Shown: positions 38,371 through 50,232, numbered from the stretch's first letter. The stretch is 64,000 nucleotides of DNA from Candidatus Xenobia bacterium (GCA_045863235.1 BTUM01000002.1:1-64000), one strand, 5' to 3'. The notes: generated by a model not told the origin, from the letters alone. A program made the numbers and translations.

Positions 38371-39477
38371 TTAGCGGCTGAGATCCAGGGCGATGCCCGT
38401 GGGCCCGAGCAAGCCGGTGTTGGTTCCTCTCAGCCGCCGGTTGGGGAACTGGTTCCCCTCCAGGCCGGCGATACTGTTGAAGACCAGGATCTCGTTGCTG
38501 CCCGTGTTGGCCAGGTAGAGGTTGCCTGACTCGAGCAACATCTGACCCGGTTGGCGAATTCCCGTGTTCTCGCCGGTGAGGATGGCCGTGGGGGCCACGT
38601 CCACGTCGATGGTGCTGGCCCCCGCAAAACGCAACAGGCTGCTCGAATCGGCCACCAGAAGGTTGTCGCTCGAGTCCACCAGCACGGCAGTGGGGCTGGT
38701 CAAGCGCGTGTTGGCGCCCCGCAGGACTCGATTGGGGAAGATATTGCCGTTCAGCGTGCTGATGCTGTCAAAGACGCTGATGGCACCGGCCCCGGTGTTG
38801 GCCACGAACATGCGGTCGGCCGTGCTGTCCAGGAAGAGGTCGGTGTTGTTTTGCAACCCCGGATTGGCGCCTTCGACGGTGCGCAGGGGCGCCACATCTG
38901 CGGTCAGCGTGGCCGCCGAGTTGAAGGTCATCAGGCCGCCCCGCCCGGTGTTCGAGACGTAGAGCAGGTCGCGTCCGATATCAACCAGGGCGGCAGCCGG
39001 ACCACTCAGGGTGGTGTTGGCCCCTTCCAGGAAACGGACGGGAGGCACGTCGCCCTGCAAGGTGCTGACGTTGTCGAACACCAGGATCGAGCTCTGGCCG
39101 GCATTGGCCACATAGAGGCGGTCGTTGGCCACGTCCAGGAACAGATACTGAGGCGCGGACAGGCGCGTCAACCCGCCCTGGATGATCGCCACCGGGGCGA
39201 TGTCCGCATCCAGGGTGGTGGCACCATCGAAACGCAGGATGGAGTTGTTCTGGGCGTTGGCCACGTAGAGCAGCCCCTGCCCTCCGGTGCCCCCATCGCT
39301 GCCCCCGTCGGTGGAACCTCCTCCATCGCTCGAGCCGCTTCCTCCCGAACTGCAGTCGCCCAGCGCGCCGAACCCCTCACGGTTGGTGCAGGTGCTGTCG
39401 CTGCAACCGCCGCTCACTCCGATCAGTGTCAACAGACCGAAGAGCAAAAGGAAGGACAACAGAAGCCGTAATTTCAT
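38371..39477 (-). CDS. Lipoprotein with NHL/beta-propeller repeats
   Basis: Lipobox-like SGGC; repeated LYVAN...SILVFD...P.R...G.NT.L..P units. Confidence 0.8.
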   Translation of the reverse strand: MKLRLLLSFLLLFGLLTLIGVSGGCSDSTCTNREGFGALGDCSSGGSGSSDGGGSTDGGSDGGTGGQGLLYVANAQNNSILRFDGATTLDADIAPVAIIQGGLTRLSAPQYLFLDVANDRLYVANAGQSSILVFDNVSTLQGDVPPVRFLEGANTTLSGPAAALVDIGRDLLYVSNTGRGGLMTFNSAATLTADVAPLRTVEGANPGLQNNTDLFLDSTADRMFVANTGAGAISVFDSISTLNGNIFPNRVLRGANTRLTSPTAVLVDSSDNLLVADSSSLLRFAGASTIDVDVAPTAILTGENTGIRQPGQMLLESGNLYLANTGSNEILVFNSIAGLEGNQFPNRRLRGTNTGLLGPTGIALDLSR

Positions 39478-39517
39478 GCCCGGCTTTTCGCAGCCCGCGA
39501 ACGATTCCCTGGAGCAC

Positions 39518-39552
39518 AAGAAAGCCCGACCGGAACCGGCCGGGCTTCTTTC
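39518..39552 (-). terminator. Intrinsic terminator downstream of the RNB gene (possibly bidirectional)
   Basis: aagcccg-accggaaccggc-cgggctt flanked by A-rich and T-rich runs. Confidence 0.7.
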
Positions 39553-39568
39553 TGCATTGCCAGAGAGC

Positions 39569-41317
39569 TCAGGCTTTCTCGAAGTCGATAAAGCCCTTCT
39601 CGACGTTGGTGCCGGTCAGGCGCACCGTCATCTGTTGGCCATAGCGTCCACTGCCGTCGAGCTTTCCTTCGATCGGCATTTCCAGCAGGCGCACCCAGGT
39701 GCCCTTGTCGTTGGCGCCCGAGACGATGGCGTCGAAGGTCTCGCCGATGCGGTTCTGCAGCAACATCGCCGCAGCCGACTTCTGAATCTGGCGCTCGACC
39801 TTCTGGGCGTTCCCTTCTTGCTCGGTGCATCGGGTCGTCAACTCGCTCAGCTCAGCTTTGGTATAGCCCCAGTCCTTCTCGGTGGGGTTGGTGATACCCG
39901 CCGCCACACAGGCCTGAGCGGCCTTCAAGAGACGCTGGGTAATGACGTCGGGATAACGGCGATTAGGAGCCGTCGAGTGCGAGTAATCCTTGACGGCCAG
40001 TCCGAAGTGACCCACGGGCTCCTCGCCCGGGAACTGCACCACATACTCGCCCCGGCCGAGCAGCTTGACCACGTTCAAAGACAGATCGGGGAAGCGCAGA
40101 GGATCGTTTGCCCTCTCGCCCTCGAGGAACTGCTCGAGAGCGGCCGAATCGGGCTTGTCGGGCAACTCGTATCCCTTTTCGGCAGCGATATCGACGATCT
40201 TGTCCCAGTTCTTGGGCTCGCGCACGATGCGCTGGATGGTGGGGAAGCCGGCCTGGGTGAGGAACTTGGAGGCGCAGCCGTTGGAGGCTACCATCAGGTT
40301 CTCGATCAGCTCGGTGGCCAGGTTCTTCTCCGTCTTGTTGAGGTCCTTAACGGCCCCATCCTCCATCTTGGCCTTGGCCTCCTGCGACTCGAGCTGCAGT
40401 GAGCCGTTGCGGCGGCGCACTTCCTTGAGGGCCTGGGCCACCCGGCTCTGCGACTGGAGAGCAGCTGACACCTCGTCGCGCCCGTCCAGGGCTTTGGGGC
40501 GCTCGCCGCTGCCCTCGAGCCACTTGCCGATGCTGTCGTAGTTCAGAGCCACCTTGGAATTCACCATCGCCGGGTAGATGTCGAATTTTGTGACCTCACC
40601 CTCGGGGCTGATAATCATCTCGGTCACCATGGCCTGGCGGTCCACGCCCGGATTCATCGAGGTCAGGTTCTCGGAGAAGTGAGGGTCGATCATCGGGTAG
40701 ATTTTGTCGGCCGTGTAGACGGTGGTCGTATTCTTCTGGGCCTGCTTGTCGGGAGGGGAATTCTTGGGCATGAGCGCGTCCACGTCGGCGATGGCCACGT
40801 AGACCCTGGTGAACCCGTTGGGCAGGTCCTCGGAGGCCGAGAGCTGGTCGAGGTCCTTGGAGGTGACCACCTCACCGTAGCCGTTGTCCACCGAGCACCA
40901 GTTGAGGTGGCGCAGGTCCTTGATCTCGGGATTGAACGCGGGCTGTTGGATGGCCTTGATGAAAGCTGCCGCCTCACTGGAGTAGGTAGGGGTCAGGCCC
41001 TTCTCCGTCATGGCTTTGTCGGCCAGGACCTTCAGGTCGTACGTCTTGCCGCTGGCCGCCATGACCCCGATAGCGGCCTGGGTGCCCCCCACCCCCGCCG
41101 CTCCGATCTCGCCGTAACGACTGGACTCGCTCTGGGCCCGCTCGCGACCGCGATTGCTGCGCTGTTGCTGTTGAGGCCCGCGGGGCCCCCGCTGCTCTTG
41201 CGTGTTGTTCCCCGGACGATACCCGTCTTGAGGCCCCTGGTTCTGTCGATTCTTGCGATTCTTGCGCCCCGCCTCGACGGGGGCGGTGAAGGGGATCGAG
41301 GCCATGTTCACTTGCAT
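39569..41317 (-). CDS. RNB-domain exoribonuclease (RNase II/R family) with Q/R-rich N-terminal extension
   Basis: SVDN...SKDLDQ, VAIADV, IENLMVASN, HFGL...YSHSTAPNRRYPD; alternative TTG start at 41341. Confidence 0.9.
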   Translation of the reverse strand: MQVNMASIPFTAPVEAGRKNRKNRQNQGPQDGYRPGNNTQEQRGPRGPQQQQRSNRGRERAQSESSRYGEIGAAGVGGTQAAIGVMAASGKTYDLKVLADKAMTEKGLTPTYSSEAAAFIKAIQQPAFNPEIKDLRHLNWCSVDNGYGEVVTSKDLDQLSASEDLPNGFTRVYVAIADVDALMPKNSPPDKQAQKNTTTVYTADKIYPMIDPHFSENLTSMNPGVDRQAMVTEMIISPEGEVTKFDIYPAMVNSKVALNYDSIGKWLEGSGERPKALDGRDEVSAALQSQSRVAQALKEVRRRNGSLQLESQEAKAKMEDGAVKDLNKTEKNLATELIENLMVASNGCASKFLTQAGFPTIQRIVREPKNWDKIVDIAAEKGYELPDKPDSAALEQFLEGERANDPLRFPDLSLNVVKLLGRGEYVVQFPGEEPVGHFGLAVKDYSHSTAPNRRYPDVITQRLLKAAQACVAAGITNPTEKDWGYTKAELSELTTRCTEQEGNAQKVERQIQKSAAAMLLQNRIGETFDAIVSGANDKGTWVRLLEMPIEGKLDGSGRYGQQMTVRLTGTNVEKGFIDFEKA

Positions 41318-41351
41318 GGGGGACGGGTTCTCACTTTCCAAGGCTGCACCC

Positions 41352-41384
41352 AGTGTAAGGACGGACCCTCAAAGCCTCCTGAAA
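41352..41384 (-). promoter_or_regulatory. TTTCAGG direct-repeat promoter
   Basis: TTTCAGG-aggc-TTTGAGG-N9-TACACT. Confidence 0.7.
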
Positions 41385-41388
41385 ACTT

Positions 41389-43218
<1,830 letters not shown>

Positions 43219-43269
43219 GCCTGGAGAGCTTCAAGAGGCCGGGAAGGAACCCTGGCGAAGGCAGGAGCG

Positions 43270-44598
43270 ATGCGCCGCCTCATCCTGCTTCTGTTTCTCC
43301 TCCCGTGGCTGCTGGCCGATGCCCAGCGGAGCCCGTTTGTCATCGCCCCTTACCTGCAGTTGGGCGACTCGCAGTCGGGCCAGAGCCTGGAAATCTGGTG
43401 GGGGGCCAAACCTGGCAGTCCCTTTGAAGTACGCTACCAGGTGGCCGGTCAGAGCCGGATCGCCACTCCCGAGGCGCAGGCTCTGAAGGGCTACCACCTC
43501 TACCATGCCCGTCTCGAGGGCCTCTCCGGCGAGGTCGACTACCAGGTCGTCCAGGACGGCAAGTCGCTCTTTTCGGCCCGCGCTCGAGCGCCCAGGCCCC
43601 CGGGCAGCACGGCTCGCTTCGTGGTGGTGGGAGACACCGCCTGCGGCACTTCCTGGGAGAAGGAGGTGGCCTACCAGATGCATCGCCAGAACCCCGACTG
43701 CGGGGTGATCCTGGGTGACATCGTCTACGAGTCGGGACGTCAGAGCGAGTATCTGGAGCACTTTTTTCCCATCTACAACGCCCCTTCGGCCGACCCCGCC
43801 CGGGGCGCCCCGCTGCTACGCTCCACGCTCTTCCTGGCCGTGCCGGGCAATCACGACCTGCGGACCCCCCGCCAGGATCGGCCCTACACCGATGGTTACG
43901 CATATTTTCTGTTCTGGTCGCTGCCCCTGAACGGGCCCTCGACCGGTTGGCCGGTCTTTCAGCCAGCCAGCGGTCGCTCGGCCTTCCAGGAGCTGGCCGG
44001 CAGACGCTATCCCCGCATGGCCAGCTACTCGGTGAATTATGGAGATGTGCACTGGACCATGCTCGACTCCAACCCTCAAGTCGACTGGACTCGACCGGAG
44101 CTGCGCAAATGGCTGGCTCAAGACCTGCAAGCCGCTTCCGGGGCTGCCTGGCGCATCGTGGCCCTGCACCATTCCCCCTTCTCCTCGGGGCACCATCATT
44201 TCCACGAGCAACACGCGCGAGTGCTGGCCGACGTGTTCGAGAAAGGCAGGGTGGACGTGGTCATGAGCGGCCACATGCACAACTACCAGCGCACCCGACC
44301 CCTGCGTTTCAGCGGGGCACGCCGCCAGGGGGATGGCACCGTGAGCGGCAACTTCAACCTCGACCGGGCCTTTGACGGCCACAAGGTCACACGAGCGCAG
44401 GGGGTCGTCTACGTGATCAGCGGGGGCGGCGGAGCCTACCTGCACGACACCGGCCGCGTCCATCTCGAGCCCTACACGGCGCGCATGGAGTCGAACCAGC
44501 ACTCGTTCACCGTGCTCGAAGCCAACCCCAGGCGCCTGAGCTTCAGACAGATCGCCAACTCGGGCCAGGAGATCGACCGCTTCGTGGTGGATCGCTGA
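43270..44598 (+). CDS. Exported purple-acid-phosphatase-like metallophosphoesterase
   Basis: AGGAG RBS, signal peptide, GD, GDIVY, GNHD, HH, SGHMHNY. Confidence 0.87.
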   Translation: MRRLILLLFLLPWLLADAQRSPFVIAPYLQLGDSQSGQSLEIWWGAKPGSPFEVRYQVAGQSRIATPEAQALKGYHLYHARLEGLSGEVDYQVVQDGKSLFSARARAPRPPGSTARFVVVGDTACGTSWEKEVAYQMHRQNPDCGVILGDIVYESGRQSEYLEHFFPIYNAPSADPARGAPLLRSTLFLAVPGNHDLRTPRQDRPYTDGYAYFLFWSLPLNGPSTGWPVFQPASGRSAFQELAGRRYPRMASYSVNYGDVHWTMLDSNPQVDWTRPELRKWLAQDLQAASGAAWRIVALHHSPFSSGHHHFHEQHARVLADVFEKGRVDVVMSGHMHNYQRTRPLRFSGARRQGDGTVSGNFNLDRAFDGHKVTRAQGVVYVISGGGGAYLHDTGRVHLEPYTARMESNQHSFTVLEANPRRLSFRQIANSGQEIDRFVVDR

Positions 44599-44634
44599 AG
44601 GCATTTTCGCCCACTTCGTCCAACCTTTCTCAGT

Positions 44635-45222
44635 ATGGCGCCGGACGAGCCCGACCTGCTCGACTACCTGCTGGAAGCCGAGCAATCTGCAGTCGATCCG
44701 CCCACCTCGGAGGCTCCCGGGTGGGGCACTGCGGAAGCTTACCTCGAGCAACTGGGCGCGCCACCGGCCAGTGACGACGTGCCGGTCGGGACGGCCCACT
44801 ATTCCGTCATGCAAGAATTCTGCGAGCAGATGCACTTTGAGGCGCCCGCTGCAGCCATTTCCCAGGGCCCTCCGCCGGCCGGGTACACCAATACCGACGA
44901 ATTGCTCGACCGCCTGGCCGCCCCCCCCAGCGAGCGCCGGAGGGAGCAGCGCGTTGACCGCCTGATCCCTGCCGATCTGGTCGAGCCAGAGCGCACGCGC
45001 GTGGTCGTCATCGACATGTCCCCGGGAGGGATGCGTCTGGGCTGCGTCGAGGCGTTGGCTCGAGGCACGCGGGTGGCCATCTTCGTCGGCGGAATGCGCC
45101 TGGAAGGCCAGGTTCGGCGCTGCGTTCGGCATCTTTCCGGCAATTATGAAGTCGGCATTCAGCTGGAGGCGCTCGGAAGCGACGAGGCAGAGCGTTACCG
45201 TCGCATGCGCGGGGCTTCCTGA
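44635..45222 (+). CDS. PilZ-domain protein with acidic N-terminus
   Basis: ERRREQR (RxxxR) and DMSPGG (DxSxxG). Confidence 0.8.
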   Translation: MAPDEPDLLDYLLEAEQSAVDPPTSEAPGWGTAEAYLEQLGAPPASDDVPVGTAHYSVMQEFCEQMHFEAPAAAISQGPPPAGYTNTDELLDRLAAPPSERRREQRVDRLIPADLVEPERTRVVVIDMSPGGMRLGCVEALARGTRVAIFVGGMRLEGQVRRCVRHLSGNYEVGIQLEALGSDEAERYRRMRGAS

Positions 45223-46322
45223 GGGTCCTCCATTGCCTCGGTCAGCGACTCGGGCGTACGGGCTCGGGGGTTTACCTGGAGGCTCTGCACGCTGAAGGTC
45301 AGTCGGTCGGCCTGGCCCAGGCCGTGCTGGCCGTCGATTCGACCGCCGACTATCCGGTCGAACTGCCCTTCGGCCAGGTCGGAATGAGCGACGTGATGCC
45401 TTATCCCTCTCGCACCTGGAGCAGTCTCAGCCAGGATGAGCTGGAGCTCTATGCTTCGATCTTCAACGATCGCCTGGCCCAGGCGGTAAACCTTTTTCAG
45501 CCCGATGTGCTGCACTGCCACCACCTCTGGTTGATGACCGCCCTGGCCCGACAGCAGTTCCCTGATCTTCGAGTGGTAGCTTCCTGTCACGGGACCGATC
45601 TTCGCCAACTGGCACTGGCCCCCCAGGTCGCCCCGAGAGTTCTCCCCTGGTTGAAAAAACTCGATGCCGCCTTCGCCCTTCACGCTCCCCAGGCCGAAGA
45701 GCTGATCCAGCGGCTGAGCCTTTCTCCCCAACGGGTTCACGTGGTGGGCTCGGGATTTGCCCAGGAGCGTTTTCAGCCTCCCACCGAGCGCTTGCCTGGA
45801 CCGCCCCGCGTACTGTACGTAGGCAAACTCAGTCGCGCCAAGGGTGTGCCCTGGCTGCTGGAGGCCGTGGATGGCCTGAGCATCGACCTGACCCTGGTGG
45901 GAGGGGGCGATGGTCCTGAGGCAGACGAGATTCGAGCTCGAGCCGGCTCGAGGGCCGCCGGCGTGCTGAGCGTCGAGAATCTGGTGCAGGCCTTTCAACG
46001 GGCCGACGTCTTCGTGCTGCCGAGCTTCTCCGAGGGGTTGCCGCTTGTGCTTCTGGAGGCTCTGGCCTGCGGCTGCCGAGCGGTGATCAGCGACCTGCCC
46101 GGCCTGCCCGAGTTCGCACCGGAATGGGTGAGACTGGTCCCCCTTCCTCGCCTGATCGGGCCGGATAACCCGGTCGATGCCGACCTGCCCGAGTTTGTGG
46201 CCAACCTGCGAGCGGCCATCGAGGCCCAGTGCGCCCGGCCGCGCTCACTCGAGCGTGCCCCGGGAGTGGCGGCCTGGAGCTGGAGCGCCGTCTTCCACTC
46301 GATACTCCGCCATTACAGCTAA
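45219..46322 (+). CDS. Glycosyltransferase family 4, probable CTG start
   Basis: HCHHLW, HGTD, YVGKLSRAKG, EGLPLVLLEALACG; N-terminal RVLHCLGQR..TGSGVY in frame with CTG 45219. Confidence 0.9.
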   Translation: MRVLHCLGQRLGRTGSGVYLEALHAEGQSVGLAQAVLAVDSTADYPVELPFGQVGMSDVMPYPSRTWSSLSQDELELYASIFNDRLAQAVNLFQPDVLHCHHLWLMTALARQQFPDLRVVASCHGTDLRQLALAPQVAPRVLPWLKKLDAAFALHAPQAEELIQRLSLSPQRVHVVGSGFAQERFQPPTERLPGPPRVLYVGKLSRAKGVPWLLEAVDGLSIDLTLVGGGDGPEADEIRARAGSRAAGVLSVENLVQAFQRADVFVLPSFSEGLPLVLLEALACGCRAVISDLPGLPEFAPEWVRLVPLPRLIGPDNPVDADLPEFVANLRAAIEAQCARPRSLERAPGVAAWSWSAVFHSILRHYS

Positions 46323-46426
46323 GGCGTCGCGCGTTGAACACTTCAGGAATTCGCGCGGCGCCGTTCAACAGATTGTCTACACTCCCGCGCGTTCCAATTC
46401 TGAAAAGGTCAACGCGCGGGAGTGTA
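46317..46426 (+). repeat. 110-bp hairpin-rich dispersed repeat, copy 2
   Basis: Reverse complement of 28029-28138; differences mostly in loops. Confidence 0.88.
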
Positions 46427-46460
46427 GGAAGCTAAACCCTCGACAACCACAGGTCTTGCT

Positions 46461-47786
46461 TCATTTCTCCACCACGACAGCTTCCTCGACGGTCTCGCCG
46501 GTAAAAAGCGTCTCATCCCCTCCGGTCCGCCGGTCGAGCATGTAGCTGGACTGATTCTGGCGCTTGATGTGATCGCGAATCTCGCTGAGGATGCTCTCGA
46601 CCTGCGCCAGGTGGACGATGGGCCTCTTGAGGTTGGTACTGACAGCTACCAGAGCCTGCATCATGGGAAAACTCTCCACCACTCCCATTCGATTGCGCAA
46701 CTTGATGGCCCCTTCGGCGCGCTCCTGGGGGCTGTAGAGGGTCAGGATCTCGAGCTCGAAACGGCGCAAGAACTCGCTACAGATGAGCTCGATATTCGCC
46801 GGGGCGGCCAGGAAAAGGAAGCGATCCGCCCCGACGTGAGTGAGCAGGTGCGAGTCGGGGCTATGCTCTCGTAGGACCTCCTGAAGAATGGTAGCCATCT
46901 TCAACAGGACCTCGTCCCCTTTGCGCAAGCCATAGCGGCGATTGAAAGAACGAAAGTAGCTCAGGTCAACCAGTGCAGCCGCAAAGGGGAGACGCTGATC
47001 AATCCTCTCTGAGAGGGCCGCCCGAAAGACTGCCGCGCCAGGGAGATTGGTAAGCGAGGACTCTGTGTCGGGCGTCCCCATAATCGTTGTCTGACGCTGG
47101 TTGCGTTCCAACTGCACCACCGCCGCTTCCAGTACAGCAAGCTCGCGGATCTCCGTGTGAGGCCCGGCCACGTTCCTTCCGTCCAGGGTGTCGCTGGCGA
47201 AACGGGCCAGAGCTCGCACCGGGCTCGAAGACCAGTTGGAAATCACAAGAACCCCGATCAGAGCGAATCCGGCCAATCCCAGCACGGCAGCCCATACGGT
47301 GGAGCGAGCTCTGGCCAGTGGCTCATTCCAGTTCGGGAGGCAGAGGACCAGCGTGATGGGCGAGTCTGCCTGGCCGGCGAAAAAGAGGAGTCGAGAAGGA
47401 CCGATGGACTCAACACGGGCCCCGGTCGCCTGATTGGTAACTCCCCAGCGAAGCAACTCCTGGCGATCCGCCTCGATCACCCCCGGATAGCTCTGGGCGA
47501 CCCATTTGGGGTGGAACGACTTGTTCTCGGCCAGATTGCCTATCCAGGCATACGCCCCGACGCGGGATTGAAAGGAGGTCACCTCCAGCTCGCATTCTTG
47601 AAACGTGCGGCCCTTGATTTGCACCAGGAGGTCGCTGGCCTCGATCCGGAGAGCTTCGCCGTACTGGAGCTGCATCGAGGTCTGCAATCTGTTCAGGACA
47701 TAGACGGTGGACCAGGCAGCCAGGCCGAGAATGGTCCATACAAGCAGCAGCGTGGGGACGAGCAGTCGGCTACGGAAGCTTCGCAT
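46461..47786 (-). CDS. Membrane sensor with HAMP-like linker and degenerate GGDEF domain
   Basis: Two TMs; SLTNLPG, DLSYFRSFNRRYG...GD, signature HVGADRF. Confidence 0.75.
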   Translation of the reverse strand: MRSFRSRLLVPTLLLVWTILGLAAWSTVYVLNRLQTSMQLQYGEALRIEASDLLVQIKGRTFQECELEVTSFQSRVGAYAWIGNLAENKSFHPKWVAQSYPGVIEADRQELLRWGVTNQATGARVESIGPSRLLFFAGQADSPITLVLCLPNWNEPLARARSTVWAAVLGLAGFALIGVLVISNWSSSPVRALARFASDTLDGRNVAGPHTEIRELAVLEAAVVQLERNQRQTTIMGTPDTESSLTNLPGAAVFRAALSERIDQRLPFAAALVDLSYFRSFNRRYGLRKGDEVLLKMATILQEVLREHSPDSHLLTHVGADRFLFLAAPANIELICSEFLRRFELEILTLYSPQERAEGAIKLRNRMGVVESFPMMQALVAVSTNLKRPIVHLAQVESILSEIRDHIKRQNQSSYMLDRRTGGDETLFTGETVEEAVVVEK

Positions 47787-47898
47787 TGCGGCACATTTCG
47801 ACGGATGCGGCCGGTTTCATTTTCCGACTCCTGCCGTGGAAACCTCATTGAACGGCTCTAAGCGAAATGATTGCATCGATTCGAATCCCACACCTGTA

Positions 47899-48843
47899 TC
47901 AGGGAACGGTAGCGTAGACCTCATCCTCGTCGTCTGGCTTGCTGTTGGTGAAGATGTCCACCAGTTGGATGGTCTGGGCCACTCCCCCGATGGCCAGGCC
48001 AAGCAGGCTGCCGTCCGAGAAGACATAGGACTTGCCGAATTCCGACAGCAGGCCTGCCGGCAGGGCGCCCAGGCAGCCGGCCAGAGCCGGCGACAGAGGT
48101 TTCTTCACGATTCCCGCCCGGCGGGCTCCGCTCTCCATGGCCCCACCCAGGTCGTGGCTGACGTTGCGGATCAACTGGCCAAAGCGCGGGCCCACCACCG
48201 GCCCCACCGCGCCGCCCAGGGCGCTGGAGGCGACCATGAGGGCGGGAGGGACCGGGCTGGCGCCCAGCGCACCGAAAACGACCGCCAGGCCCGCGCCCAG
48301 GCCGGCGCCCAGAGCGGCCCGGGCGGCCGGGTGGAGGTCGGCTCCGTAGCGGGATGCCAGGGCGCTGGCCACGCCCCCGGTTGCCTTGGAGGCCCCTGGC
48401 AGAAAGAGGCCCGAGGCCACTGCGCCCATGTCACTCGCATCGCGCACTGAGGCGGTAGCCGCGCCGCCCAGCGTGGCAAAGCAGCCCAGCAAGCCTCCGG
48501 CCACGGTGCGCGAGACCAGTTCGGGCTGGCTGGTCAGATAGGCTACTCCAGCCCCGAGAGCCGCTCCCACCGCGATTCCCGCGGCCATGCCGGCCACCGC
48601 GTTGCCGGTCCGGCGCTCGGTCCAGATGCCTACCGTGCTGGCCAGGCTGGCGCTCAGGGCCCCCGACAGGCCGCCCATGGCCAGACCCTCGACAGCGCCG
48701 CCGATGGCTGCCTGGACATAGGAGGCTTCGGGCAGGTCGCCATGGGTGTGGGCGGCAGGACGCGACTTCTGGTCGAGCCACTGCCAGGCTCCGGTCGGAG
48801 GCCCTAACGGACGGGAAGGCAACTGCACGCTATCCATCCTCAT
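47899..48843 (-). CDS. Gly/Ala-rich (glycine-zipper-like) membrane protein
   Basis: Repeated GxxxG hydrophobic helices, polar N-terminal leader, acidic tail. Confidence 0.7.
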   Translation of the reverse strand: MRMDSVQLPSRPLGPPTGAWQWLDQKSRPAAHTHGDLPEASYVQAAIGGAVEGLAMGGLSGALSASLASTVGIWTERRTGNAVAGMAAGIAVGAALGAGVAYLTSQPELVSRTVAGGLLGCFATLGGAATASVRDASDMGAVASGLFLPGASKATGGVASALASRYGADLHPAARAALGAGLGAGLAVVFGALGASPVPPALMVASSALGGAVGPVVGPRFGQLIRNVSHDLGGAMESGARRAGIVKKPLSPALAGCLGALPAGLLSEFGKSYVFSDGSLLGLAIGGVAQTIQLVDIFTNSKPDDEDEVYATVP

Positions 48844-48857
48844 CGCATCGAGGATAG

Positions 48858-48875
48858 CCTGAAAGAAGCCTGAAA
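48858..48875 (-). promoter_or_regulatory. Perfect TTTCAGG-N4-TTTCAGG direct repeat
   Basis: TTTCAGG-cttc-TTTCAGG 14 bp upstream of ATG 48843; no good -10 at the usual N9 position (TATCCT lies 1 nt downstream). Confidence 0.6.
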
Positions 48876-48913
48876 GTGGTTAACAGCACTTTAACCGCTC
48901 TCCGAACAAACGG

Positions 48914-48942
48914 TTGACACTCTGCCCGCCTCGGCTTATGAT
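48914..48942 (+). promoter_or_regulatory. Sigma70 promoter of rplY-pth
   Basis: TTGACA-N17-TATGAT; GGAGG RBS at 48962-48966. Confidence 0.85.
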
Positions 48943-48976
48943 AACGGCTGATTTTCAGCACGGAGGATGTCCGATC

Positions 48977-49597
48977 ATGGCACAGGTGAAACTCGAGGCG
49001 CGCCACCGCACGGGAACTGGCAAAGGAGTGGCCCGGAAATTGCGCCGCGATGGACGCGTGCCGGCGGTGATCTATGGCCACGGCGAGGCTCCCATTGCGC
49101 TCGATGTGGACGCCAAGAGCGTCGACCACCTGCTGCGCGAGTTCGGCCACAATGCCATCATCGAGCTGACCGTGACCGGCGGCGCTGGCTCGGACACCTG
49201 CATGGTCAAGATGTTCGACCGCGACCTCTACCAGCGCCATCTGGTGCATGTCGACTTCAAGCGCATCTCTCTCAAAGAGAAGATCGAGACCAAGGTGCCG
49301 GTGCACGTGGTGGGCGACGAGAAGATCGAGAAGGAAGGCGGCGTTCTCGAGCTGATGATGCCCGAGGTCGAGATCCGCGCCCTGCCGCTGGAGATCCCCG
49401 AGAGCATCGAGGTGGACGTGAGTGCCCTGGCTCTGGGGGACAACCTGCACGTTTCCGCCCTGAAGCTGCCGGCCGGAGTCGAGTTGGTCAGCGACCCCGA
49501 AGCCGTGCTTCTGCTGGTCCACGTGCCGCGCGCCGTGGCCGAGGCCGAGGCCGCCGAGGGTGAAGCCGCCGCCGCGCCGGCCGCCGCCGCCGAGTAG
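48977..49597 (+). CDS. rplY: 50S ribosomal protein L25/CTC
   Basis: RKLRRDGRVPAVIYG, HVDF, IPESIEVDVS; upstream of pth. Confidence 0.95.
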   Translation: MAQVKLEARHRTGTGKGVARKLRRDGRVPAVIYGHGEAPIALDVDAKSVDHLLREFGHNAIIELTVTGGAGSDTCMVKMFDRDLYQRHLVHVDFKRISLKEKIETKVPVHVVGDEKIEKEGGVLELMMPEVEIRALPLEIPESIEVDVSALALGDNLHVSALKLPAGVELVSDPEAVLLLVHVPRAVAEAEAAEGEAAAAPAAAAE

Positions 49598-49599
49598 TC

Positions 49600-50232
49600 T
49601 TGGCGGAGGAGCTCCTCCACCTCATTGTTGGGCTGGGAAATCCTGGCCAGGAGTATGCCCAGACCCGCCACAACGCCGGCTTTGAAGTGGTCAAAGAGCT
49701 GCTGCGTCGCCATTCGTTCGGCGACAAGAAGGCCAGCAAGCTTGCCCACGCTTACCGTGGTACTATCCGGGGCAAACAGGTCCTCATGCTCAAGCCGCTC
49801 ACCTTCATGAATCTGTCCGGCAATGCCGTGCAGCACTTCGTGAGCTACTTCAAGGTGCCGCTGGAACAGCTGCTGGTCGTTTACGATGATTTTGCCCTGC
49901 CGCTGGGTCGGCTGAGAATGCGGGCCAACGGCTCGGCAGGGGGCCAGAACGGGCTCAAAAGCATCATCGCCTGCCTGGGTACCGAGGCTATCCCGCGCCT
50001 GCGCATCGGCATCGGGCCGGTACCGGACGGCTGGGATCCGGCCGATTTCGTCCTGAGCCGGTTTCGCAAGGACGAGGAGAAGCTCTGGAACGAGACACTC
50101 ACCCGCGCTGCCGACTGCGTGGAGTGCTGGCTCGAGCGGGGGGTGGAGGACACCGCCTCACGCTTCAATGTGTCGACCGTCGCTGAAAAGTCTGAACCGA
50201 AAGGCCCCACCGAATGTCACGAAGTACCCTGA
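49600..50232 (+). CDS. pth: Peptidyl-tRNA hydrolase
   Basis: LIVGLGNPGQEYAQTRHNAGF, KPLTFMNLSG, GSAGGQNG, RLRIGIG. Confidence 0.96.
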   Translation: MAEELLHLIVGLGNPGQEYAQTRHNAGFEVVKELLRRHSFGDKKASKLAHAYRGTIRGKQVLMLKPLTFMNLSGNAVQHFVSYFKVPLEQLLVVYDDFALPLGRLRMRANGSAGGQNGLKSIIACLGTEAIPRLRIGIGPVPDGWDPADFVLSRFRKDEEKLWNETLTRAADCVECWLERGVEDTASRFNVSTVAEKSEPKGPTECHEVP

